A stretch of 63,774 nucleotides of DNA, the filler included, from Octopus bimaculoides (taxonomy: Eukaryota): the NCBI RefSeq assembly GCF_001194135.2. It is 6 parts of 5 records of this genome, joined end to end, with 100 filler letters (N's around TTAATTAATTAA, not from the genome) between each part and the next. Parts side by side here need not be neighbours in the genome. Positions count along the whole stretch, not along the records: positions 1 to 12,869 come from NC_069004.1; 5 more parts are not named here. One strand, 5' to 3'. Under the pieces are notes generated by a model. The model had not been told where the DNA came from. It saw only the letters and a list, made by a program, of their open reading frames with translations, and made no database searches. Made by a program: the position numbers and the translations under genes. How positions within the stretch are numbered: the first letter of the stretch is position 1; every line of letters begins with the position of its first letter. Of the stretch, positions 1 to 11,700 are shown one piece after another.

Positions 1-72
<72 letters not shown>

Positions 73-110
73 TATGTGTGTGTGTGTGGTATGTGTATGT
101 ACGAATATAT
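1..110. repeat. (TA)n/(TG)n microsatellite; representative of dozens of di-, tri- and tetranucleotide tracts across the window
   Basis: Direct: pure TA run 1-68, then TG. Similar tracts include (TC)n 1445-1580, (GAT)n 4235-4490, (GATA)n 5185-5238, (TAG/CAG)n 10065-10355, (GAT)n 25180-25505 and 27380-27650, (AAC)n 28330-28420, (TAT)n 33547-33620, (CA)n 38718-38818, (TATC)n 50975-51050. Confidence 0.98.
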
Positions 111-431
111 GTATGTATGTGTAGAAAATCTAGAGAACCACTAACAGCATATTTAGAAGTCACCGTTCCAAAGCAGATATGCATATGACATGCTTATCCC
201 AAGCAAAAGGGAAGCAAAGTGTAATAGAAATAGACAATTACTACAAAATAACAACAGTGAGACTAGAGTAGAACTATTAGTGTAAAATGGTTAACATAAA
301 AGACGTTCCCGTACAATCAACGAAGCAATAATGTAAACGTTGGAAACTAATTATTAATCTATTAAAAAGGAAAGTTTGTATAAAAACAAAAGAACAACAA
401 AGGCTTTTAAAATATGAAAATGGAGTTACTA

Positions 432-500
432 AACATAGGAGAGCAGGCATCCTTTCGGGTTCAGTCCCACTGCATGGCATCTTGGGCAAATGTTTTCTAG
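432..500 (+). mobile_element. SINE family B, truncated 5' fragment
   Basis: GGGTTCAGTCCCACTGCATGGCATCTTGGGCAAATGTTTTCTA matches the B-box and post-tRNA region of the full copies at 2641 and 57119. Confidence 0.7.
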
Positions 501-515
501 CTCCGGAGAATCCCG

Positions 516-578
<63 letters not shown>

Positions 579-799
579 AATGCTAGTTCTAAAATCTCTT
601 TAAGAGATCAACGCAGTAGTTGTACTAACAAGTAATATTCGTAACCGCTTTAACATGGCTGTCCGTTCGAGAGGACATCTCCTCTAGCTGGTTCACGATG
701 CACAGATGCATCCGATAAAATTGCGAACAGGGGAACAAACACTTACCATCTCCTAGCGACGGGACCAGTAGACCTGTCCTGCTCCGAAATAGCCAGAAA

Positions 800-1018
800 C
801 CAGGGGCTAAACATAGAGGGGACAAACAAGGACAGACAAAGGGATTAAGTCGATTACATCGACTCCATTGCGTAACTGGTACTTAATAATTTATCAACCC
901 CGAAAGGATGAAAGGAAAAGTCGACCTCGGCGGAATTTGAACTCAGAACGTAACGGCAGACGAAATACCGCTAAGCATATCGCCCAGCGTGCTAACGTTT
1001 CTGCCAGCTCGCCACCTT
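800..1018 (-). mobile_element. tRNA-derived SINE family A, near full length
   Basis: Minus strand reads GGTGGCGAGCTGGCAGAAACGTTAGC (A-box-like), then GAGTTCAAATTCC (B-box), then CCTTTCATCCTTTCGGGGTTGATAAATTATTAAGTACCAG. The same sequence recurs at 9075, 28436 and 37920. Confidence 0.9.
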
Positions 1019-1533
1019 ATTCTATCTAACTATCTATCTTAGTATCCATCCATCCGTCCATCCAACCAGCCAGCCAGCCAGCCAGCCAGCCATCTCTATC
1101 CGTCTCTCGTAAGCGCTATCCTTATGCTGAAGTCTCTTCCTATCATTTAGCAGACGATCCGTCCGTCATGGAGTCGCATTAATATTTTGCCTTCATAAAT
1201 TCAACTTTTGACTCGGGTACAGCAACATCTTCGATGAAACAAGCTGACACATTGCTAGTTAGAACTTATCGATCTATTTTTCAGCATCATTTTATGACAT
1301 AATAATACTAATAATTGTAATACTGGCCGTTTTACAACTTTTGGTCAACGACAGCACTTCATCCACCTATCACTCTCTAGCCATCCCCCCTCTCTCTCTC
1401 TCTTACTATTTCTCCGTCTCCCTCTCTTACTTTCTCCGTCTCCCTCTCTTACTTTCTCAGTCACTCTCTCTCTCTCTCTCTCTCTCTTTCACTCACTGTC
1501 ATTCTAATACGTACTTTCTCTCTCTCAGTCTTA

Positions 1534-1586
<53 letters not shown>

Positions 1587-1812
1587 CTCTCTCGATTTCT
1601 TTTGACTATGCACACACATACACACACACACACATACACACACACACACATATATATATATACATACAGACAGACATACATACACACACACATAGGTATT
1701 TACGTGAATATACACATATGTATTTAGGTATATATACATGCATATATACATGTATATCTGTATATGAGTGTGTGTATACAAATATATATATATACACACA
1801 CATACACACACT

Positions 1813-1845
<33 letters not shown>

Positions 1846-1954
1846 ACACACACACACATATATGTATATACCTCACCAATCTTTCTGCCATTTCAACTAT
1901 CAGTGCATGTCTCTATCACACGTTCCCTCTCACTCACTCTCCAACCCCCACCCC

Positions 1955-1990
<36 letters not shown>

Positions 1991-2640
1991 TTTCCTTTTC
2001 GTTCAATCACTCATGCAGCCAATAAACCTACTAATACAGACCTAGCATTACTAACCACTAGCAACATTAGTAGTAGCACGACTTACTAACAACTCTGTTA
2101 GTAAACAACTGAATTTAAAGAATGACTCACGTGACCACCCTGTCGTCTGCCGAAGAGTCTGTTCCATGGCGAGCTCTTAACAATAAGAAAACCAGTGTGA
2201 GGGGGGCAAAAACAACACTCAATGATTTACAGAAAAGCTCAACTGTTCTCTGTCCAAAGCATTTTCATAAGTTTGTCCTGAACGCCCTTGTTTGTTTTCA
2301 AACTTTTCGTTAAACCTTGTTTCATACGTTTTTCCTTCCATAAATCCCAAATTACTCCGGTAGTTGAAGGAACTGGGAATGTGTTTCGTGTATGATCCAT
2401 GGACTCCAGAGAAACATCTTCCGTGAATGACATGAGATACAAAAAAAAACAGACAGAGGGTTGAAATATTCATCGCAGTGTAGATTCAGATTGATATATA
2501 TACGCATCACATTTACGCGTAGATTAATAGTTGTTGGCACTCGGCCGCTTACGACGTCGAGGGTTCCAGCTGAAAGCCCTTAAAAGTATATTTAATTAAT
2601 AAGGTTACATTGTATGAAAGTTCACATTTAATTGTTTTTT

Positions 2641-3031
2641 ATAGGCGCAGAAGTGGCTGTGTGGTAAGTAGCTTGCTTACCAATCACATGGTTCCGAGTT
2701 CAGTCCCACTGCGTGGCACCTTGGACAACTGTCTTCTACTATCGCCTCGGGCCGACCAAAGCCTTGTGAATAGATTTGGTAGACGGAAACTGAAAGAAGC
2801 CCGTCGTATATATGTATATATATATATATATGTATGTGTGTTTGTTCCCCCACCATCGTTTGACAACCGATGCTGGTGTGTTTACGTCCTCGTAACCTAT
2901 CGGTTCGGCATTAAGAGACCGATAGAATAAGTACAAGGCTTACAAAGAATAAGTCCTGGGGTCGATTTTCTCGACTAAAGGCGGTGCTCCAGCATAGCCG
3001 CAGTCAAATGACTGAAACAAGTAAAAGAGTA
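2641..3031 (+). mobile_element. tRNA-derived SINE family B, full length, with internal (TA/TG)n tract
   Basis: A-box TGGCTGTGTGG, B-box GAGTTCAGTCCC, internal microsatellite at about 2807-2840, and 3' tail GGCGGTGCTCCAGCATAGCCGCAGTCAAATGACTGAAACAAGTAAAAGAG. Colinear with 57119-57527. Confidence 0.92.
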
Positions 3032-3279
3032 TGCAATCACTCTGGATGTAGCTGGCTATGAAACTTCTCTGCATGGGTTCTGATAATGTCACCTGACGGG
3101 GAGGGGTGCCGCCACTCTTGCTTCTGGACAAACCAGGTGAAAAATGCTTTCTCAAGTTCAGTCAGTTGCAATCCTGGCCTTCTTCCTAGCTAAGCCCTCA
3201 CTGTCCACAACTGTATTTACATAACTCCTGGGGTTAGCCTCATCCTTAACTCAGCCATGCAGGATGGACTCTGGAACAC

Positions 3280-3283
<4 letters not shown>
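3032..3283 (-). pseudogene. Tigger/Jerky (pogo-like) transposase N-terminal relic: HTH-psq plus CENP-B-type HTH
   Basis: Manual minus-strand translation across two frameshifts: GVPESILHG*VKDEANPRSYVNTVVDSEGLARKK / LQLTELEKAFFTWFVQKQE / SGDIIRTHAEKFHSQLHPE. This matches the Tigger pattern GxxxSTxxxWxKxE...LExALxxWF.Q.R...P.SG..I...A..F. It is cut by a SINE and a (TC)n/N gap. Confidence 0.65.
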
Positions 3284-3325
<42 letters not shown>

Positions 3326-3944
3326 NNNNNNNNNNNNNNNNNNNNNNNNNNNNNNNNNNNNNNNNNNNNNNNNNNNNNNNNNNNNNNNNNNNNNNNNNNN
3401 NNNNNNNNNNNNNNNNNNNNNNNNNNNNNNNNNNNNNNNNNNNNNNNNNNNNAATATCTGCAAGATAGCTTGAAATTGTAATGAATGAAGTGGAATATGG
3501 TCCTCCTTTTATATAAATCGTGCGTCCAGGGTGTTAATTACTTTCCCTTAAATATTAATTTGTGTGACACATTGCAACCCTTTGGTTGACGGAACCTTCT
3601 CCAAACAATCTAATCAAATAGTGGAAAACAAACTGTCAAAAGCTCTCACCGGTCAAAAAGGTGTTGTTTCCATCACAAAATCAAAGAGATTCTGCACACA
3701 AAACATGTAATTAGCACCCAATTATATGGGCAACCGATTGCAATATTTTCAAGCTGTTGATTAAGGTGTGTGTTTCGTTGAAATTCGCTGAAATTCTGCT
3801 TTTAATCAAGGTTTTTGCAAGCTGTGAGCGATAATGAGGGAAATTCTGCTTCAAATTATTTGCAGTCTATCAAACAACCCGCGTTATATGCAGGGACGCC
3901 TTATAAAAAGGGAGCACTGTACTAACGACCCTACAGTTTGATTA

Positions 3945-4106
3945 GGGGCCGTCTTAAGGCAGTTTCCCGTGAGCCTCGTGGGTCAAGGGGTCCAACTCTG
4001 GTCTAGGTACGTTGTGGCTTGCTGTCAATAATTAAAAAAAAATACTATAGGACCCAGTGTACTGGCTGGCCCGGCGGAGGTCCTATAAAGCTGCTAATGC
4101 GGCCCC
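3945..4106. mobile_element. Putative ~160-bp MITE with imperfect terminal inverted repeats
   Basis: Left GGGGCCGTCTTAAG, right CTAATGCGGCCCC. No clear TSD. Confidence 0.35.
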
Positions 4107-4109
4107 GAC

Positions 4110-4232
4110 TATTAGTGCCTTGTTTTGTTGCCCTCCGTAAAAATGAAATGCAAAGTTGACCTTGGCGGGACATGAACTCAGAACATAAAGACTAGGAACA
4201 GATAGAGTAAGCGAGGTTTTCTGACGCTCAAT
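4110..4232 (-). mobile_element. SINE family A, degenerate fragment
   Basis: AAAGTTGACCTTGGCGGGACATGAACTCAGAAC resembles the family A segment AAAGTCGACCTCGGCGGAATTTGAACTCAGAAC. Confidence 0.65.
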
Positions 4233-4489
4233 CAATGATGTTGATGATGATGATGATGATGATGAATGATGATGAAGTCGACGACAATGATTATGCTGAT
4301 AGTGATGGTGACGATGATGATGATGATGATGATGATGATAACGACGTCGACGATAATACCACGACGACGACGACGATGATGATGGTTATAGTGATGATGA
4401 TGAGGAGGAGGAGGGGGAAGAGGAGGAAGGCGACGACGACGACGATGACGATGATGATGATGATGATGATCGTGATCGTGATGACCATG

Positions 4490-4916
4490 GCTTCTGATGT
4501 TTTGTCTTGGTGGAAAGGCGAGCGCTCCCAGGTCTATTCTGCTGAATACCACAGATTTGCCCGTCAGTTGCTTCACTTTAGCCAGTTGAGCATCATAGCC
4601 ATGTGTTGAGAGGAATTCTTTGGCGTTTGAATAATTCACCCCTAGAAACCTGGGTGTTTCGTTCATCATCCTTAAAGAACCCTTGTTCAGGGACCTTTTA
4701 AGCAGGATGGGCTACTCGGCCTGAAAAAACCTCTAACTGGGCCCCACCTGCAAGGTTATGCACAGTTTATCTTGATATGAGATCACCATATCGCACGCAT
4801 ATGGTTGTGACGCATGTGTCTGGTGTACCCTTATCAGACGAGTAGCCATGATGGGTATATTGGATTTCGTATATTTTACTCGTGTCACTTTGATGGCAAG
4901 TAATGCTCTCTCACTC

Positions 4917-4955
<39 letters not shown>
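4490..4955 (+). mobile_element. Non-coding retroelement (SINE-like or long LINE 3' UTR) ending in an (AAT)n tail
   Basis: No ORF. The 3' 63 nt (4854-4916) match 28831-28892, and both are followed by (AAT)n. The 5' part is repeated at 5000-5172. Confidence 0.7.
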
Positions 4956-4957
<2 letters not shown>

Positions 4958-4969
4958 GAAGCTTTTGGA

Positions 4970-5172
4970 ATTAACTGGTTAGAAGTGTTATCATGTATAT
5001 AGTTTTGTCTTGGTGTAAAAGATGGACTACAGCAAATGTTCTGCTCAATACCACAGATGTACTTGTCAGTTGTTTCACCTTAACCAGTTGAGTATGTCCC
5101 TTGGTGGATGACGATATGTGCATCCCTGATCACAAACAGGAGTAGTGGGGGAGCATCATAGCCATGTGTTGA
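4970..5172 (+). mobile_element. Second partial copy of the 4490 element, truncated by (GATA)n
   Basis: TTTTGTCTTGGTG...TTCTGCTCAATACCACAGAT...CCAGTTGAG...GAGCATCATAGCCATGTGTTGA is shared. This copy keeps a ~60-bp segment that is absent from the first copy and is bounded by GAGYAT repeats. Confidence 0.75.
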
Positions 5173-5185
5173 TTTTTAGATAGAC

Positions 5186-5239
<54 letters not shown>

Positions 5240-5801
5240 GGGGGAAAAAGAAATGGTGACTGGTGTACAGAAACACAGAGAGACAGGGAGAGAATAACAG
5301 ACACAGAGGAAGAGACAGACAAAAAGAGAGATAAAGAAAGAGAGAGAGAGAGAAAGATGGAGAGACAGAGAGAGAGAGAGACAGACAGAGGAAGTGAGAG
5401 AGACAGACAGAGGAAGTGAGAGAGAGAGCGACAGAGGTTACAAGTTAAAGAAAGTGTAATAAAGTCGGTCCAGCTTGTTCCGTTGTTAGATTGACCTGAA
5501 AATGGAGATGAAGTGTTTTGGTAATCTTTCGGACACCACCACCACCACCACCACCACCACCACCGGTGTCACTGCAACCAATACTTCTGTCACAACCACC
5601 GCCACCACCACCGCAACCGCCCTCACCGATGCTATCGCTACACGATCTTTAAAGATTAAGATGAGTGAATAGACAGTGGGTGTGTGGTGGTTGTGGAGGT
5701 GTTTGTGGAGATTAGGTCGTGTGGCACAAATCTGGCTTAAGCTGACGAAAATTACCTCTGTTATACTGTATAGTTAATATATACAAGCACGTTGTGGTGT
5801 G

Positions 5802-5837
<36 letters not shown>

Positions 5838-5912
5838 TGCATACATACATAGACACCTATGCACGTATGTATATATACAGAAGGGTACGCATGCATATTA
5901 TANNNNNNNNNN

Positions 5913-5945
<33 letters not shown>

Positions 5946-6182
5946 TATACATGCATATTGTGTGTATGCATGTGTGTACAAATGTGAGTGCATACATGCA
6001 TATAAGCTTGCGTGCTTATACACACACACACACACATACATATATATATATGTTGATATGTATGTATATACATATGTGTGTGTGTGTAGACATAAATTAC
6101 GTCATAAATTGTTACACCCACTGGTGTGTATATCATTTCTCATGTACACCCTTACCCAACATGTCGGTATGTGGACCTTACA

Positions 6183-6222
<40 letters not shown>

Positions 6223-6464
6223 TATACACTGTCTCGGGTGCACCTTTTTGGGGCCGCCAGCTACTACTAATATGTATGTGTATACACAGCAATGCGAATC
6301 TCGTGTCTGTCTGCATTGTGGCGGTATTAGCTGCTATGACAATAACAAGAACAACAACGGGCTGAAGAGTTCGGAGCAACTGAAACGACGACGATGATGG
6401 CAACAGCAACGAGAACGGTGCTGACAGCGGCGATGGTCACTACAGGAGATCAACCTCTGCAGCC

Positions 6465-6605
6465 AGTGTCAGTCATTGGACTTCGGCCTTGCTGGGGCAC
6501 CACTTTGAAGGGTTTAGCCGAACAAATCAACCCAAGAACTAATCTGATTATTTTTCTTCGAGTCTGTTCTTATTCTATCGTTTTCTTTTGCCGAACTGCT
6601 AAGGG
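6465..6605 (-). mobile_element. SINE family B, 3' fragment
   Basis: CAGTCATTGGACTTCGGCCTTGCTGGGGCACCAC...TTTTGCCGAACTGCTAAG is the reverse complement of the family B tail. Confidence 0.75.
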
Positions 6606-6893
6606 CAACTTAAGACTGTATATCGAACAAATTACAAATTTCGTCAACATCTGAGGTTTCGAGTACACGCCATTTACAATTCCCAAAGAGGCCGAAGTGC
6701 GTCTAGCTTTCTCGTTATCCGGTGCCGAGATGGTCGGACGGTCTTTCGTCTTTCTCCTATATATATATATATNNNNNNNNNNNNNNNNNNNNNNNNNNNN
6801 NNNNNNNNNNNNNNNNNNNNNNNNNNNNNNNNNNNNNNNNNNNNNNNNNNNNNNNNNNNNNNNNNNNNNNNNNNNNNNNNNNNNNTATATATA

Positions 6894-7422
6894 CAGGGTG
6901 TCCCAAAAAGATGTACTCACTCTTATTGTTTTTTTGTGATGTACGGGCTTACCTCGATGCAACAAATCCAAACAAATGGATTGGGAGGAGAGGTAGCGTT
7001 GAATTTCCTGCACGTTCCCCAGACCTCACGCCAATGGATTTTTTTTTTATGGGGACATCTCAAAGATAAGGTTTACGCTGAAAAACCAGTGACAATTGAT
7101 GATTTGAAGAAAGAAATTCGAATACAATGTCTTGCAATTCCAAATGAAATGTTTGGCAATGTTGTCGAATCCATTGTTGGACGTTATCAGCTTTGCTTGG
7201 AAAATGAAGGAATGCAGTTTGAACATTTGCGAACACGCAGGAATGAGAGAGAACATTAAACAATTCTAAATGACAATAAATAATCGTTTCTACAACACTT
7301 TATTTTCCTGAATTTAATTTAACTTTTCAGGATTGTATGTATATCACTAAACATCTACCTGAACACAAAATGCATAAGTACTGGGAAGTCAAAGAGTGAG
7401 TACATCTTTTTGGGACATCTTT
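6894..7422 (+). mobile_element. Tc1/mariner-superfamily (DDxD, maT-like) internally deleted element with both TIRs and the C-terminal transposase third
   Basis: TA at 6892-6893. Left TIR CAGGGTGTCCCAAAAAGATGTACTCACTCT; right TIR AGAGTGAGTACATCTTTTTGGGACA at 7393-7417 (25 nt exact reverse complement). Translation KWIGRRGSVEFPARSPDLTPMDFF/WGHLKDKVYAEKPVTIDDLKKEI...CLENEGMQFEHL, with a frameshift in a T-run. Confidence 0.88.
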
Positions 7423-8979
7423 TCGGCAAAGACACAAAATAAGTTCTAGGCTTACAATAAGAAAAAAAAAACATTGTAAAAGATAACACGCAGGAGGATT
7501 GAACACGGAACCAAGTAATTAAGAAGCAAACTTTTTAACCAAACAGCCATAAGCCCCACCGATAAGTCAATTAATGAAGAAATTAATATTTTGAGACGCA
7601 GGAATGAACGTGTTCGCGGTTATTGTCTTCGAGAATTCAGAAAATTGATCGAGAGAAGAAAGCAAGAAGGAATTTGGAACGAAATTCTTCAAAATTATCG
7701 GAATCAGATCTCCAAGATTATTGTTACGAGGCTGTTAATTCGGGAATGATTATTGCGTTGCTTATGTAATCATAGTATTATGCGTGCATTGTCACAAAGG
7801 TCGTAGAAGGGGGGGGGGGCATAAAAAGTGGTCTGCGGCCCGAGTGCCACAGGAGCGCCGATCGCCCGATTCCAAACGGAGAGGCATGCAAGAACAGTTT
7901 TTTTTTTCATTCTCGAAGAACGCAGTCTACCCACGGGATTATGCACCTCACCGGTATCCGAGTAGTAGTAGTAGTAGTAGTAGTAGNNNNNNNNNNNNNN
8001 NNNNNNNNNNNNNNNNNNNNNNNNNNNNNNNNNNNNNNNNNNNNNNNNNNNNNNNNNNNNNNNNNNNNNNNNNNNNNNNNNNNNNNNNNNNNNNNNNNNN
8101 NNNNNNNNNNNNNNNNNNNNNNNNNNNNNNNNNNNNNNNNNNNNNNNNNNNNNNNNNNNNNNNNNNNNNNNNNNNNNNNNNNNNNNNNNNNNNNNNNNNN
8201 NNNNNNNNNNNNNNNNNNNNNNNNNNNNNNNNNNNNNNNNNNNNNNNNNNNNNNNNNNNNNNNNNNNNNNNNNNNNNNNNNNNNNNNNNNNNNNNNNNNN
8301 NNNNNNNNNNNNNNNNNNNNNNNNNNNNNNNNNNNNNNNNNNNNNNNNNNNNNNNNNNNNNNNNNNNNNNNNNNNNNNNNNNNNNNNNNNNNNNNNNNNN
8401 NNNNNNNNNNNNNNNNNNNNNNNNNNNNNNNNNNNNNNNNNNNNNNNNNNNNNNNNNNNNNNNNNNNNNNNNNNNNNNNNNNNNNNNNNNNNNNNNNNNN
8501 NNNNNNNNNNNNNNNNNNNNNNNNNNNNNNNNNNNNNNNNNNNNNNNNNNNNNNNNNNNNNNNNNNNNNNNNNNNNNNNNNNNNNNNNNNNNNNNNNNNN
8601 NNNNNNNNNNNNNNNNNNNNNNNNNNNNNNNNNNNNNNNNNNNNNNNNNNNNNNNNNNNNNNNNNNNNNNNNNNNNNNNNNNNNNNNNNNNNNNNNNNNN
8701 NNNNNNNNNNNNNNNNNNNNNNNNNNNNNNNNNNNNNNNNNNNNNNNNNNNNNNNNNNNNNNNNNNNNNNNNNNNNNNNNNNNNNNNNNNNNNNNNNNNN
8801 NNNNNNNNNNNNNNNNNNNNNNNNNNNNNNNNNNNNNNNNNNNNNNNNNNNNNNNNNNNNNNNNNNNNNNNNNNNNNNNNNNNNNNNNNNNNNNNNNNNN
8901 NNNNNNNNNNNNNNNNNNNNNNNNNNNNNNNNNNNNNNNNNNNNNNNNNNNNNNNNNNNNNNNNNNNNNNNNNTGTTAC

Positions 8980-9070
8980 ATTCTGTGTCACGCTGAATTT
9001 CCCTGGGAACTACATTGAGGGTATACGTGTCTGCGGAGTACTCAGCCACGTGCACGTTAATTTCACGAGT
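8980..9070 (+). mobile_element. SINE family C, 3' portion
   Basis: TGTGTCACGCTGAATTTCCCTGGGAACTACATTGAGGGTATACGTGTCTG matches 20860-20910. Confidence 0.8.
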
Positions 9071-9074
9071 GGTT

Positions 9075-9425
9075 TGGGACAAGTCGATTACATAGGCCCC
9101 AGTGTTTTACTGGTACTTATTTTATCGACCCCCCCCCCCGAAAGGATGAAAGACAAAGTCGACCTCGGCGGAATTTGAACTCAGAACGTAAGAACGGATG
9201 AAACGCTAATTAGCATTTTGCCCGACGTTCTAACGATTCTGCCTGTAATGGTTTCAAGTTTTGACACGGGGTTAGCAATTTCGGAGGAGAGTAACCCCAA
9301 GTGCACAACTGGTATTTATTGTTTTAACTCCGAAAAGATGAGGGACAAAATCGAACTTGATGGAATTTGGGGCTCAGTATGTAGAGACGGACTAAATGGC
9401 GTAAAGCATTTTGTTCGGCCTTTCT
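9075..9425 (-). mobile_element. Two tandem SINE family A copies (younger 9075-9245, more decayed 9270-9425)
   Basis: AAGTCGATTACAT...CTGGTACTTATTTTATCGACCC...GAAAGGATGAAAGACAAAGTCGACCTCGGCGGAATTTGAACTCAG, followed by a diverged repeat of the same order. Confidence 0.85.
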
Positions 9426-9570
9426 GGTAGTCACTACAGGCAGTCATATACACATAATTATATATATTGACATACACCTACTTACTTACACATACACAAT
9501 AGACAGTCATACAGTTATACGTTCACACACGCAGACACAGTGAAACGCAGTCACGCACACACAGACACGT

Positions 9571-9604
<34 letters not shown>

Positions 9605-9770
9605 GTAATCATGCAGTCATACTCACACAGAATCATTCAGTCACACACACACACATATTCGCATATATATATATATATGTGCACACACATATACATACAT
9701 GCATACATACACCTTTATACATAGACACACGCATATACACACGCACGCACAAACATGCACATACATATAT

Positions 9771-9804
<34 letters not shown>

Positions 9805-10063
9805 ATATATATATATACTCACAAACATACTCGCCACACACACATGCATGCACACGCACTCACACATACCACACATCGACGTACACACACTCAATGACAC
9901 ACGCACACACACACACACACATCCGCACAGGTGATCTTCGTTGAGCAGGTAGAGACAGTTTTTGATTAATGACTGCGGAAACTGAAAATATCTGCTGCCT
10001 GCTCACCTCTGACACAGCATCAACTCGTTTCGGTGTCATCAGAAACATTCCTGGACTGTTTGG

Positions 10064-10145
<82 letters not shown>

Positions 10146-10310
10146 GAATAGTAGTAGTAGTAGTAGGAATAGTAGTAGTAGTGGTAGTAGTAGCAGCAGC
10201 AGTAGTAGCAGCAGCAGTAGCAGTAGTAGTAGTAGTAGTGGTAGTAGTAGCAGCAGCAGTAGCAGTAGTAGTAGTAGTAGTAGTAGTAGCAGCAGTAGCA
10301 GCAGCTGCAT

Positions 10311-10356
<46 letters not shown>

Positions 10357-10842
10357 TACCGTTGTGGTGATTTAGCCACACGTCAGCCTTCACTACCTAT
10401 ACTTTATAAATAAAATACTTTCCAGCCACNNNNNNNNNNNNNNNNNNNNNNNNNNNNNNNNNNNNNNNNNNNNNNNNNNNNNNNNNNNNNNNNNNNNNNN
10501 NNNNNNNNNNNNNNNNNNNNCCGGCCTTGACTCACCCACCCCACCCCGCCACTCTTTTCCTCCCTCCCCATCTCTAGATATACTATTGAACGTGTTGCTC
10601 CCTTCTGAGTCCGTACGCTTTAATTTCAAGGAGATTTAGCTGCTATTTTTAGGAAGTCAATCGACCACTCAGAGGGACTTCTTTTTTGTGTTTTATTTAT
10701 TTCAACTTCCAGTGTCCATTTTTTGTCTCTGTTTGCAATTTTCTCTCCATCCATCATTATCCTCGTTTCATATCTTTTCTGTTTCGTTTTTATCTTCCTC
10801 ATTTTCATATTTTTAGACAGATACAACTCCGAATAAAAAATG

Positions 10843-10880
<38 letters not shown>

Positions 10881-11489
10881 TGGCCTAGAGCCAACGTGAT
10901 TGCTTAACCTGCTACAAATAAAAGCAACATCCTTCTTAGGAGAGTTGAAGCCGCCCGCTAACAAAGCGACAAGACTTTTTGGGGTTAGAGTTCCCAGTGT
11001 TTGTAAATACGTGGTTGAGTTGGTGTGTTGATTGAACTGTCGATGCCCACACCCAAGTGTGTGCATCTATTCATCTAAAGAATCTCAGATGGAGAATCTT
11101 TGGAATGCCTTACAGATCTCCATTGTGCCACTAATGGACTGAATTTGGAGCATGCGCGTCAGTTTTTTTCTTTTTTTTTTTTTGCTCTTCTTTCGTTAAA
11201 CCTAATATTTCTCGGAGTTTGTCAAGATTGTATGTACATAGCCTAATGTGGCTTTGAGGATAGGTACAAATGAACAATTATTGTCGGGGTACAGAGTTAT
11301 AAGTTCCGCATTAATTCAATATAAATGTTCCCTTTTACCTGGACTTGTGATGTTACATTCACAGTGTATGGCTTTTGCTCCCTCTCCTACAGAACAATAT
11401 CAGGTCTGTCTGTCTATGTGTTCGTCTATCTGTCTGTCTATCTATCTGTCTGTCTGTATGTATGTATGTACGTATCTTTTATCTTATAT

Positions 11490-11700
11490 CTTTTACTTGT
11501 TTCAGTCATTTGACTGCGGCCATGCTGGAGCACCGCCTTAAAGGGTTTTAGTCGAACAAATCGACATTAGAATATACTTTTTTGAAACCTAGTACTTATT
11601 CTATTGGTCTCTTTTGCCGAATGGCTGAGTTACGAGGACGTAAACACACCACCACTGGTTGTCAAGTGGAGGTGGGGGGGGGGGGCAAAGACAAACACAA
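11490..11700 (-). mobile_element. SINE family B, 3' half
   Basis: CTTTTACTTGTTTCAGTCATTTGACTGCGGCCATGCTGGAGCACCGCC...GTAAACACACC...GTTGTCAAG. Confidence 0.9.

Noticed and set aside
2641-2720. tRNA genes (here and at 940-1018, 20625-20700, 57119-57190)
   Set aside because: A/B boxes are present, but there is no complete cloverleaf and each continues into a repeated SINE body.
10020-10048. CTGATGA-CACC-GAAAC on the minus strand
   Set aside because: Only 4 nt between the core halves, so no stem II is possible; likely chance.
5440-10060. Further minus-strand exon-like snippets (acceptor at 5496, RKTKDRPTISAPDNEK at about 6680-6745, GTGAG donor near 10005)
   Set aside because: Each has only one good splice signal or borders a microsatellite. 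They cannot be assembled into a supported gene.
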